Below are positions 1-7,973 of a stretch of 64,000 nt of DNA, one piece after another. A program made the translations under genes and the position numbers. Every line of letters begins with the position of its first letter. Position 1 is the stretch's first letter. The stretch covers positions 2,112 to 66,111 of the forward strand of contig CAZFRC010000003.1 of NCBI GenBank assembly GCA_964521185.1. The letters are read 5' to 3'. This DNA comes from an uncultured Candidatus Saccharibacteria bacterium (GTDB lineage Bacteria > Patescibacteriota > Minisyncoccia > Phycocordibacterales > UBA12088). Under the pieces are notes generated by a model, which searched no databases, had not been told where the DNA came from, and worked only from the letters and a program-made list of their open reading frames with translations.

Positions 1-1
1 T

Positions 2-1456
2 TGGATCATTTCACTTGGCAGAAAAGGCTCAGTGGAACTGGAGATCAAGCAGAGAATGCTTGAGGCGAGAGAGGAAGCAAAAAAGATAATCGAGGAAGCC
101 AAAGAAAAAGGAGAAGCGATCGAAGCAGAAAAACGAGAAGAATTTAAAGAGCGAGAAGAAGATCTGAAAAAGACCGAACAACGCCTTATCAAAAAAGAAG
201 AGCTTCTTGATACACGTCAACTTGATCTCGACAAAGAATCAGAGTCGGTAAAAAAGAAAGCTGTCGAAGTTGAGGTGTTGCACGAAAAGGCCGTTTCCGT
301 TGAAAAACAAAAAGAAACGGAACTTTCTCGGGTTGCCGGATTGTCAAAAGATGAGGCGAAACGAGAACTTATTTCCAGAATCGAAAAAGAATCAGAGGAG
401 GATCTTGCCATCCGTATCCGAAAACTTGATCAAGCTGGTCACGAGCAGTTTGAACGCAGAGCCCAGGAAATACTGACCAGTGTCATTCATCGGTTAGGCA
501 ATTCGGTTGCTTCAGATGTTTTGGCTACCACCATCACAATCCCAAACGATGAACTCAAGGGGAAAATTATCGGCAAGGAAGGGCGCAACATTAAAGCATT
601 CGAGCGCGCGACGGGAGTTGAAGTCATCATCGACGACACGCCGGGAGCAATTACCCTCTCTTCTTTTGATCCTGTCCGCCGACAAATTGCTCGAGTAGCG
701 CTTGAAAACCTTATTATCGACGGCCGTATCCAACCAGCAAAGATTGAGGAAATGGTTGAAAAAGCTAAAGAGGAGATAAACAAGATAATTAAACAAAAAG
801 GGGAAGAAGCTGCCTATGAGGCGGGTGTCTTTAATCTAAATCCGCGAACGCTTGCCATCTTAGGAAGGCTCCATTTCCGTACAAGTTATGGACAGAACGT
901 GCTTCAGCATTCAATTGAGATGGCGCATATCGCAGGTATGCTCGCTGAAGAAATAAAAGCCGACCCCCAAATTGCACGCGCAGGGGCGCTTGTACACGAT
1001 ATTGGCAAAGCCCTCGATCATGAAGTGCAAGGATCCCATGTCGAAATTGGTCGCCGCATTCTTCAAAAATTTGGCGAGGATGAACGCATCGTCAAAGCAA
1101 TGCAGGCGCATCATGAAGAATACCCATACGAAACTCCTGAATCTATTTTGGTTCAAGTGGCTGATGCGATTTCTGGGGCACGGCCAGGAGCGAGACGCGA
1201 CACCGTTGAAAACTATCTAAAAAGACTCTCCGATCTTGAAGGAGTGGCTAATTCTTTTTCCGGTATTGAAAAAGTGTATGCGATTTCCGCAGGCCGTGAA
1301 ATTCGAGTGTTTGTGCGCCACGAAGAAGTCTCCGATATCGAAGCCAGAGAGCTTGCACGAAATATCGCAGTAAAAATTGAACAGGAACTTAAATATCCTG
1401 GCGAAATTAAAGTGGTGGTTATCCGCGAAAACCGCGCCATTGAGTTTGCAAGGTAG
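2..1456 (+). CDS. rny: Ribonuclease Y (5'-truncated by window edge)
   Basis: Coiled coil, KH domain (KGKIIGKEGRNI) and HD domain (HSIEMAH...VHDIGK). Frame is open back to position 2, so the TM anchor lies upstream of the window. Confidence 0.96.
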   Translation, partial: WIISLGRKGSVELEIKQRMLEAREEAKKIIEEAKEKGEAIEAEKREEFKEREEDLKKTEQRLIKKEELLDTRQLDLDKESESVKKKAVEVEVLHEKAVSVEKQKETELSRVAGLSKDEAKRELISRIEKESEEDLAIRIRKLDQAGHEQFERRAQEILTSVIHRLGNSVASDVLATTITIPNDELKGKIIGKEGRNIKAFERATGVEVIIDDTPGAITLSSFDPVRRQIARVALENLIIDGRIQPAKIEEMVEKAKEEINKIIKQKGEEAAYEAGVFNLNPRTLAILGRLHFRTSYGQNVLQHSIEMAHIAGMLAEEIKADPQIARAGALVHDIGKALDHEVQGSHVEIGRRILQKFGEDERIVKAMQAHHEEYPYETPESILVQVADAISGARPGARRDTVENYLKRLSDLEGVANSFSGIEKVYAISAGREIRVFVRHEEVSDIEARELARNIAVKIEQELKYPGEIKVVVIRENRAIEFAR

Positions 1457-1476
1457 CGCTTCGCTAAAGAATATTG

Positions 1477-2034
1477 TTACCGTGTGGCAGCAATAAACGC
1501 CGTGTAGTTGAATTTCAAATCTTGAATACTTTCTTCAAGAATGTCGAGACCGTACATGGATGCCGCTGTTTTTGACGCAATAACCGCGGTCGTATCCGGC
1601 AAAACGCCGCTTCCTAAATCTGCCGCGGCCTTTGCGGTGTCTGGGTAAGTTTCGATATCAACGCCAGGCCATTTGCGCTTCAAGTACATGCGGCACTGTT
1701 TGATCGCCTGATCGTGCGAGGTGATTTTGGTGATATGATCGGGATTAGTCCCCGAACGAACAAGAAGGTTTTGATGAATATCAATTTCGAACATCTTTTG
1801 AATTGAAAAGGAGTGTTTGGCCATCGCGTACACCGCCTCAATGACAATACCGCCGTTCGAGTTTTCAATAGGGAAAATTCCAAGGTCCACATCCCCCTTT
1901 TCAAGAGAAGTAAGGACGTTTTCCACAGATACTAAATAAAGAATTGCCGCGTCTTTTAGAGCATTTTGGCCAATATAATAGTTGGCAGCTTCTTCTGAAA
2001 AACTTCCTCTAGCTCCAGAAATACCTATCTTCAT
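1477..2034 (-). CDS. Stand-alone prephenate dehydratase-like domain protein (no ACT domain)
   Basis: GARGSFSEEAA, PIENSNGG, SHDQAIKQC and DTAKAA match PDT motifs; only 185 aa. Confidence 0.85.
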   Translation of the reverse strand: MKIGISGARGSFSEEAANYYIGQNALKDAAILYLVSVENVLTSLEKGDVDLGIFPIENSNGGIVIEAVYAMAKHSFSIQKMFEIDIHQNLLVRSGTNPDHITKITSHDQAIKQCRMYLKRKWPGVDIETYPDTAKAAADLGSGVLPDTTAVIASKTAASMYGLDILEESIQDLKFNYTAFIAATR

Positions 2035-2295
2035 AAAAAAACGGCTTAAAATATACGTTAAATAAACACCCCGAAGTATACCATGTCTATTTCCCCGAAC
2101 TATTCAATGGAGACTAAAGTAGAATTGACTTGGCGCGTATACTGTATTGTAATATATTACCCTCTAGTTTACTCTTTGACGAAGTTGCAGCAAAAATGGC
2201 GAAAGATATACTTACTTTTAAGGAACGAGCTCCGGCCCCTCTCTGCCCGGAGGCACGCCTAAAGTAACGATTAGTAGATAAGTGAGTTCGAAATT

Positions 2296-2574
2296 ATGAA
2301 CATGAACAAACAAGATATTATCAATAAGGTCCACGAAGTACTCGGAACAACCAAAGCAGATGCAGAGCGCGCAGTTGAGACAATGATTGAATCAATCATT
2401 GATGGCCTTAAAAAAGGTGGCGAAATATCGGTTGCGGGTTTGGGTATCTTTGCAACAAAAATGCGCCCCTCACGGACCGGCCGCAACCCCCGGACAGGAG
2501 AGTCGATTCATATCCCTGCTATGCGGGTTCCAAAGTTCCGTGCAGCTAAGGCATTCAAAGACTCGGTAAAATAA
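2296..2574 (+). CDS. hup: HU family DNA-binding protein
   Basis: MNKQDII...GLGIF...RTGRNPRTGE...VPKFRA. Confidence 0.96.
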   Translation: MNMNKQDIINKVHEVLGTTKADAERAVETMIESIIDGLKKGGEISVAGLGIFATKMRPSRTGRNPRTGESIHIPAMRVPKFRAAKAFKDSVK

Positions 2575-2595
2575 TGTGCGCTCGTAATTCCGTAC

Positions 2596-2625
2596 AAAAA
2601 CCCACGTTTCGGGGGTTTTTGTTTT
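2596..2625. terminator. Bidirectional intrinsic terminator between convergent hup and rarA
   Basis: aaaaaccc-acgtttc-gggggtttttgtttt. Confidence 0.65.
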
Positions 2626-3749
2626 TATAGCAAATACTTCTTATTTTTTAGTTTTTCCGGCAAATATGATTCTTGGTCGTACATTTCGTATCCTTTACCG
2701 TATTCAAGATCTTTCATGAGTCTGGTTGGCGCATTTCTAATGTTAAGCGGAATCGGAAGATTGCCATACTGAGCAACATCTGCTTGTGCGGCACGAAATG
2801 CGTCGTAGGCAGAACGATCTTTTTTTGCTCCCGAAAGATACGCAGCGCCATGAGCAAGATTGATTGCACATTCAGGATATCCGATAGTTTCACACGCTCG
2901 AAATACCGCATTTGCCACCACTAACGCGGTTGGTTGGGCTAATCCAATATCTTCGGACGCAAATATAACCATACGACGAGCAATAAACAGCGGGTCTTCC
3001 CCCGCATCCACCATGCGCGCAACATAATACAGCGCCGCATCCGCCTGACCAGCGCGCATGCTTTTTATAAATGCCGAAATGGTGTCGTAGTGTTCCTCAC
3101 CCTTTTTGTCATAACGAATAAACTTTGACTGAAGTGCTTCTTTGAGTGTATCCAGAGTGATCTTTCCATAGAGTTCTTTCGCGTTCTCCACGACAGAGAG
3201 GGCAGCGCGCGCGTCGCCATTTGCCATCCCTATCAGCCATTCGATGGCGTCATGCGGAATTTTTAGTTCGGTGCGCGCCAAAATTGTTTCCATGCTTTTT
3301 TCGTCAACTGAATTGAGCACAAACACACAACACCGAGAAAGAAGTGCTGGAATAACTTCAAATGAAGGATTCTCTGTTGTCGCGCCAACGAGCGTGATAT
3401 CTCCCGATTCAACATAAGGAAGAAGAAAATCCTGTTGTGCCTTGCTAAAACGATGGATTTCATCGAGAAATAGCACCCGAGGCCTGTTCGTCTCTTCTTT
3501 TAACAATCTCCTGATATCGTCTTTGCCTGCGGAAACCGCCGAAAGCTCATGGATATGCGCATCGAGCGCGCGAGCGTATATGCGCGCGAGCGTAGTTTTT
3601 CCGCATCCTGGAGGTCCCCACAAAATAAAAGAAAATCGATGTTTTTTTTCAATCGCTTCTCTTAACGGTTTTCCTTGAGCAACAAGATGTTCCTGTCCGA
3701 CAAATCCTTCGAGAGAATCGGGGCGTATGCGCGCTGCAAGCGGTTCCAT
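2625..3749 (-). CDS. rarA: Replication-associated recombination protein A (MgsA/RarA AAA+)
   Basis: MEPLAARIRP, GPPGCGKTT, LDEIHRF, GATTENP, SEDIGLA. Start reassigned to ATG at 3749, 7 nt after TACACT. Confidence 0.95.
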   Translation of the reverse strand: MEPLAARIRPDSLEGFVGQEHLVAQGKPLREAIEKKHRFSFILWGPPGCGKTTLARIYARALDAHIHELSAVSAGKDDIRRLLKEETNRPRVLFLDEIHRFSKAQQDFLLPYVESGDITLVGATTENPSFEVIPALLSRCCVFVLNSVDEKSMETILARTELKIPHDAIEWLIGMANGDARAALSVVENAKELYGKITLDTLKEALQSKFIRYDKKGEEHYDTISAFIKSMRAGQADAALYYVARMVDAGEDPLFIARRMVIFASEDIGLAQPTALVVANAVFRACETIGYPECAINLAHGAAYLSGAKKDRSAYDAFRAAQADVAQYGNLPIPLNIRNAPTRLMKDLEYGKGYEMYDQESYLPEKLKNKKYLL

Positions 3750-3877
3750 AGGAGATAGTGTACGCTTCCTTTGAAACTTTTCGAGCACGAAAACAAATGT
3801 CCCCAATTCTGGAAACAGATCCTGTACGCGTCACCGAGGCGAAGGGAGGGGCAAACGCTAGGTTGGAATTTCTTTTC

Positions 3878-4066
3878 TGGTGCGGGATAGGAGAATCGAC
3901 CCGCTTTTTCTAAATCACTTCGTCCTAGACGGCGAAGCTCATAAGAACGCTGGCCGCACCTCGCCGACCCCTCGAAGACTCGGGGTGCCCGGCTCCGGCG
4001 TCCGACTCTCCTTTCCTCGTCACAAAATATAGTCGCCAAACGCTTTACGTTTTGCTCTTTATTTTG
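3878..4066 (-). mobile_element. Small tRNA-Gly-linked insertion bounded by a duplication of the tRNA 3' end
   Basis: gtgcgggataggagaatcg occurs at 3880-3898 and 4066-4084. The downstream copy ends in CCA on the minus strand. Internal inverted repeat cacaaaata/tattttgtg. Confidence 0.6.
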
Positions 4067-4137
4067 TGCGGGATAGGAGAATCGGACTCCTGCTCTCAGT
4101 TTGGAAAACTGACGTTCTACCATTAAACTAATCCCGC
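4067..4137 (-). tRNA. tRNA-Gly(TCC), CCA not encoded
   Basis: Cloverleaf gcgggat..., anticodon arm tcagt-tttccaa-actga, T-arm aggag-tccgatt-ctcct. Confidence 0.93.
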
Positions 4138-4268
4138 CTGCGCTCTTTCCGCACCAGAGGGGCAACTCTAAGCGGTAAGAAGAGCACAACTCCACCTCTT
4201 TCGAAGTGTTCGAATCATCCTAGCAGAATCTTGGAAACCCTACCAATGGCCATGCTATACTCATCGAA

Positions 4269-5573
4269 ATGGATAAATTTTCATTTCCCATCCTTGGCGG
4301 CATACTTATTGGGATTGCAGTTATTGGGGTCGCGATGTTTAGCGCATTACGCACCCCTCCATCGAATAAAGAATCTGTAGAAATTCCTAGAACGAACAAT
4401 GGTTTGAGCACTTCTTCTCCATTTTCAGAGATAGAAGATGGCGATCCTGTTGATGAAATTCGATTATCCCCTTCCAAATCCCCCACGCGACCAGAGGGAA
4501 AAATATCGATCCCTTCGAATCCATCTCAAGAAACACCGTCTAACACCCCGTCATACCCGCCAACACCAACAAATCCTTCAAACACGGAAACGAATAGCAC
4601 GCCGAGCTCTTCGTCTTCCGATGGCGGAGGACGGATAGAAGAAGGAATGACACCTCCTCCGCCTCCACCCTCATTTGCCCCGCCGGGAGGATCTTCGTCA
4701 GCCGCCCCATCCGGGGCGCCTTCCTTTTTTTCGGGGCTAAACGACATCGTGCGCGCATCTGTTGTCAATATTTTATGCGAAACAAACGGTGGAGGATCGC
4801 TTCGCCCCATTTCAGCAAGTGGTGTTATGGTGAGCAAAAAAGGAGTCATCATGACAAACGCCCACGTTGCTCAATATTTTCTCCTCAAAAATTATCCGAC
4901 CCCAAACTATGTGACGTGTATCATTCGAACAGGAAGTCCGGCCGCACCCGCATACACCGCTGAAATTCTGTACATATCTCCCCAATGGATTGAAAAAAAC
5001 GCCTTAAACATACGTTTGTCCGAACCGCGCGGAACCGGTGAACACGATTTTGCATTTTTACGCATTACAGGAAGCATGAGTGGTGCGGCGCTTCCCTCTT
5101 CGTTCCCCTTTGTGCCTCCTGACACTGCGGAAAGCGACATACAGGGAGGTGCCGGCGTACTCATTGCTGGATATCCCGCAAGCTTTGTGGGCGCCTCAAC
5201 GGTAATGAGGGATCTCTACGCAGCGTCCACTTTCTCGACGATTGGAGAAATTTTTACGTTTGTTAAAACAACCGCCGATCTTTTCTCAGTTGGCGGAACG
5301 GTGTTAGCCCAAAAAGGAGCTTCGGGAGGCGCAGTGGTAACGCTTTCGGGAAAATTAATCGGCATGGTCGCAACCGCCCAAAGCGGCGAAACCACCGGTG
5401 AAAGTGACTTACGTGCCCTGTCTCTCTTCTATATCAATCGAGCGCTTGCAGAAGATGCCGGAATTACGATTGACGGGCTTCTTCAGAGTGATCTTGTGGC
5501 GTACGCAAACACGTTCAACGCGACCCGATCACCAGCACTTACTCAGATATTAATAAATGTATTAGGGGAATAA
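4269..5573 (+). CDS. Membrane-anchored trypsin-like (S1) serine protease with Pro/Ser-rich stalk
   Basis: N-terminal TM, low-complexity linker, triad motifs TNAHV / HDFA / GASGG. Confidence 0.85.
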   Translation: MDKFSFPILGGILIGIAVIGVAMFSALRTPPSNKESVEIPRTNNGLSTSSPFSEIEDGDPVDEIRLSPSKSPTRPEGKISIPSNPSQETPSNTPSYPPTPTNPSNTETNSTPSSSSSDGGGRIEEGMTPPPPPPSFAPPGGSSSAAPSGAPSFFSGLNDIVRASVVNILCETNGGGSLRPISASGVMVSKKGVIMTNAHVAQYFLLKNYPTPNYVTCIIRTGSPAAPAYTAEILYISPQWIEKNALNIRLSEPRGTGEHDFAFLRITGSMSGAALPSSFPFVPPDTAESDIQGGAGVLIAGYPASFVGASTVMRDLYAASTFSTIGEIFTFVKTTADLFSVGGTVLAQKGASGGAVVTLSGKLIGMVATAQSGETTGESDLRALSLFYINRALAEDAGITIDGLLQSDLVAYANTFNATRSPALTQILINVLGE

Positions 5574-5580
5574 AGGGATC

Positions 5581-5612
5581 AAAAACAGCAACACGACCCC
5601 TTGAGGTCGTGT
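5581..5612 (-). terminator. Intrinsic terminator closing small-ORF unit B
   Basis: acacgacc/ggtcgtgt stem followed on the minus strand by tgctgttttt. Confidence 0.55.
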
Positions 5613-5697
5613 GATGGTTGGCGGGGAGTGCAAAGAACTTATTTATGCACTCACCCGCCTCCCTGATCTCAGGAACCGCCTGCTAGAGGCGGTTCGA

Positions 5698-5916
5698 CTA
5701 CCGATTCGTCGATATTCGGGCGCGGCTCCGCCGCGGCCGGCTCGAGTTTGGAGGGTTTTCCTGACCCCCCTTGCGGCGGCGCTCGAGCTCGGCAAGCGCC
5801 GCTTCCAAACATGTTCGGAATTCGTCCCGACAGGGTCTTCCTTCGGAACACCGCCGCCTCAAGGTGGCGATGCGCCGGTGAAGCTCGTCGTCGGACAGGA
5901 GCGAAAAAAGATTCAT
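5698..5916 (-). CDS. Small basic hypothetical protein (72 aa)
   Basis: ATG preceded by gggggag SD-like sequence; helical pattern LSDDELHRRIATL...LEAALAELERRRK. Confidence 0.5.
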   Translation of the reverse strand: MNLFSLLSDDELHRRIATLRRRCSEGRPCRDEFRTCLEAALAELERRRKGGQENPPNSSRPRRSRARISTNR

Positions 5917-5945
5917 AAGTCATCTCCCCCACCAAGACCGCCCCA

Positions 5946-6044
5946 TGCGGTCCGGGAATCGAATTTCGATTAAAATCAAAAATCGATTCCCAGACCGCAA
6001 AATTGGAACTCCGGCTGTTCGGGCATTACTTGAACATCCGGAGT
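5946..6044. repeat. Two tandem long intergenic hairpins
   Basis: tgcggtccgggaatcga...tcgattcccagaccgca (5946-5999) and actccggctgttc...gaacatccggagt (6008-6044). Confidence 0.8.
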
Positions 6045-6057
6045 AAGTGTACAGCAA

Positions 6058-6294
6058 TCATCGAAAGAGACGCTCTCTTATAAAATGTGCGAACCGATAC
6101 ACATGATACCGCTCCGGAAGACGATTCAGGAGCAGAAGCTCTTGAATGACTTCGTCCGTTGTTTCAAATCCAGCGGCCATAACCCGCCGCAAACACAGAC
6201 AATTTCGAAGCAATTGTATGTTGCCGCCGTTTAAAGCGGAGAAAATTGCTGGGTGTTCCATGCCCCACGCGCGTTCGTGCGAGTGATCGGGCAT
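6058..6294 (-). CDS. Small hypothetical protein (78 aa; alternative in-frame TTG start at 6363)
   Basis: Strong SD aagggagggag before ATG 6294; second SD aaggaggag before TTG 6363. Confidence 0.55.
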   Translation of the reverse strand: MPDHSHERAWGMEHPAIFSALNGGNIQLLRNCLCLRRVMAAGFETTDEVIQELLLLNRLPERYHVYRFAHFIRERLFR

Positions 6295-6305
6295 CGCTCC
6301 CTCCC

Positions 6306-6354
6306 TTCTGGTTGGGACACAAATTGCTAAAAGCCGCTTGTGTCCCAACCAGAA
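6306..6354. repeat. Perfect 17-bp inverted repeat abutting an SD sequence
   Basis: ttctggttgggacacaa / ttgtgtcccaaccagaa. Confidence 0.85.
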
Positions 6355-6377
6355 TTCTTTCAAAGAACTCCTCCTTC

Positions 6378-6413
6378 AAAAAAAACCAGCCCCCGATTCT
6401 CTCGGGGGCTTGG
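6378..6413 (-). terminator. Attenuator terminator (3:4 hairpin) of unit B
   Basis: Minus strand ccaagcccccga-gagaa-tcgggggctgg-tttttttt. Confidence 0.8.
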
Positions 6414-6435
6414 CTTCTTTGATGGAGTTTCGAAC

Positions 6436-6510
6436 CTATTCCACAGAAACACCCGCCCCCGATGTAAGGATGAGGACCCAGAGGACAGATGCTTTGCGGT
6501 ATTGGTTCAT
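6436..6510 (-). CDS. Putative Val/Leu/Ile-rich attenuator leader peptide MNQYRKASVLWVLILTSGAGVSVE
   Basis: Hand translation; ATG 9 nt after the -10 box; coding region contains tcgggggc, complementary to the terminator 5' arm. Confidence 0.65.
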   Translation of the reverse strand: MNQYRKASVLWVLILTSGAGVSVE

Positions 6511-6519
6511 ATGTTATTG

Positions 6520-6548
6520 AATGTACTTGTACTGAACATATGTGTCAA
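6520..6548 (-). promoter_or_regulatory. sigma70-type promoter of unit B
   Basis: TTGACA-N17-TACATT; DnaA-box-like ttattcaca just upstream (6553-6561). Confidence 0.75.
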
Positions 6549-6573
6549 GTATTTATTCACAACATTGCCGAAC

Positions 6574-6615
6574 AAAAAGAAACCGCCTCGTCGCGAAGAA
6601 TAGTGCGACGGGCGG
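6574..6615 (-). terminator. Intrinsic terminator closing unit A
   Basis: ccgcc-cgtcgc...gcgacg-ggcgg stem followed by tttcttttt on the minus strand. Confidence 0.65.
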
Positions 6616-6621
6616 ACGGAT

Positions 6622-6867
6622 TCATACATCGTCTACCACCGCGACCGGCATATGTCGCGGATCAGCACCGAGCTTAAAATCATCGGCGCTGATAATTCTG
6701 TCATACAACAAACAGGGAGGAAGTTCCGAGTCATGAGCCAATCTCAATCTCAAACTCCTTAGAATATGCGGAAATAGCTTGCGAGCTGTATCCCTTGACA
6801 GCTCGCAACAGGGAATCGTAGGGTGGGGAAAATGGAACCATAATTTCTTTATCTTGCTATCGATCAT
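6622..6867 (-). CDS. Small hypothetical protein (81 aa)
   Basis: Starts 3 nt after the upstream ORF stop, with a gggga SD; ends just before a terminator. Confidence 0.5.
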   Translation of the reverse strand: MIDSKIKKLWFHFPHPTIPCCELSRDTARKLFPHILRSLRLRLAHDSELPPCLLYDRIISADDFKLGADPRHMPVAVVDDV

Positions 6868-6870
6868 TAT

Positions 6871-7080
6871 TCATATCCCCTGCATCGCGAGAGATGGAAG
6901 AACTATTTGTATCATTACTTCTTTCCTATATTCTGAATTATCTTTCATGCGGCAAGCTATTTCTTTCCCCAGTATTTGATACAATTTAAATTCTTCCTCA
7001 TCCGATAATTGATGCTCATTATTTAATTTTCTTACAAACCCAAGAATTTTTTTCGCATCTTCACGCGACAAACAAATCAT
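6871..7080 (-). CDS. Small hypothetical protein (69 aa)
   Basis: Very strong SD gggaggaggt; amphipathic helical sequence. Confidence 0.6.
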   Translation of the reverse strand: MICLSREDAKKILGFVRKLNNEHQLSDEEEFKLYQILGKEIACRMKDNSEYRKEVMIQIVLPSLAMQGI

Positions 7081-7102
7081 TGACCTCCTCCCAAAGAACT
7101 AA

Positions 7103-7206
7103 TCGGACACACCATTGTGTCCGAAGAATATATTTGTTTGAAGGTTCAAATATATTCTTCGGACATCAACCAAAACACCGGCTTTGTGAGCCGGTGTTTT
7201 GGTTGA
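7103..7206. repeat. Cluster of three hairpins (8, 19 and 18 bp perfect arms)
   Basis: tcggacac/gtgtccga; tgtccgaagaatatatttg/caaatatattcttcggaca; tcaaccaaaacaccggct/agccggtgttttggttga. Confidence 0.88.
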
Positions 7207-7220
7207 GGACATGTTGTTTC

Positions 7221-7383
7221 TTATACGCAAAAACGACCGGCTTCTTTCCTGTCGGTAATAATCGAAATAATGATTGTTGCCTTTTGTATCCCGGTCACAC
7301 TGTTAATGTAAGGCAGCCAGGGACTCCAGTCAAGGTAACTCGCTTCGTATTCTCCTTCTTGCTTTTCATGAAAAATATGCATG
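7221..7383 (-). CDS. Possible small hypothetical protein (start uncertain)
   Basis: Distal part (MHIFHEK...) of the 146-aa ORF in the track; lies between hairpins 7445-7488 and 7166-7206. Confidence 0.3.
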
Positions 7384-7495
7384 AGCTCTTGAACATAAAA
7401 AACTGTTTCGAATTTTAACGTTCTCCATGTGTACTTGAAATGAAATCCGCATGACGCGACAAGAGTTGAACTTGCGCGCCGTGCGGATATCGAGG

Positions 7496-7738
7496 TTAAC
7501 AAACAAAGACTCTCGCCAAAGGAAAAAGGGGATGGTCGAGAGTAACATTTGACTGTTCCAAATATCTTGCAACGATAATTCTGTCTTTTTCTTTCATTCG
7601 AGAGATAATCTCCATGGGAGAAACCCCCCCTCTTATGAGAGAGGCAACCCCTTCTGTCCATTCACCAAAATTCTCCTCGGTTGGAGACGAATATATTTTG
7701 AAAAATTCATCAACCGTTAACCCATCGTTCACCATCAT
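7496..7738 (-). CDS. Small hypothetical protein (80 aa)
   Basis: SD aaggag before ATGATG at 7738; preceded by the gcaagctc/gagcttgc hairpin. Confidence 0.6.
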   Translation of the reverse strand: MMVNDGLTVDEFFKIYSSPTEENFGEWTEGVASLIRGGVSPMEIISRMKEKDRIIVARYLEQSNVTLDHPLFPLARVFVC

Positions 7739-7830
7739 CTTCTCCTTGCAAGCTCCGACCGCACGAGCTTGCGTTTGTTTGAAAGAACATCTGCGGTCTG
7801 GATTGTGTTCGGGAAATTCCCGCTCACTGT

Positions 7831-7866
7831 CCAAAACACAAAGACCGGCCCTTTCGGGCCGGTCTT
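7831..7866 (-). terminator. Attenuator terminator (3:4 hairpin) of unit A
   Basis: aagaccggccc-gaaa-gggccggtctt followed by tgtgtttt. Confidence 0.8.
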
Positions 7867-7888
7867 GATGAAATCTTTAGTGAAGAAG

Positions 7889-7966
7889 TTACATGCAAGG
7901 AAAATCGACCCAACGATTAGTGTCGGTAAAGAAGAAATAAAACCAGGAAGATCGATTACTCTCCAT
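7889..7966 (-). CDS. Putative aromatic-rich attenuator leader peptide MESNRSSWFYFFFTDTNRWVDFPCM
   Basis: Hand translation; ATG 7 nt after the -10 box (leaderless); six consecutive aromatic codons; segments able to pair alternately with the downstream terminator. Confidence 0.7.
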   Translation of the reverse strand: MESNRSSWFYFFFTDTNRWVDFPCM

Positions 7967-7973
7967 GAAAAAT

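Noticed and set aside
3662-4195. 177-aa ORF in the track
   Set aside because: Runs through tRNA-Gly and its duplicated end (RFSYPA appears twice); shadow ORF.
5946-7206. CRISPR array
   Set aside because: The hairpins differ in sequence, there are no regularly spaced direct repeats, and no cas genes are present in the window.
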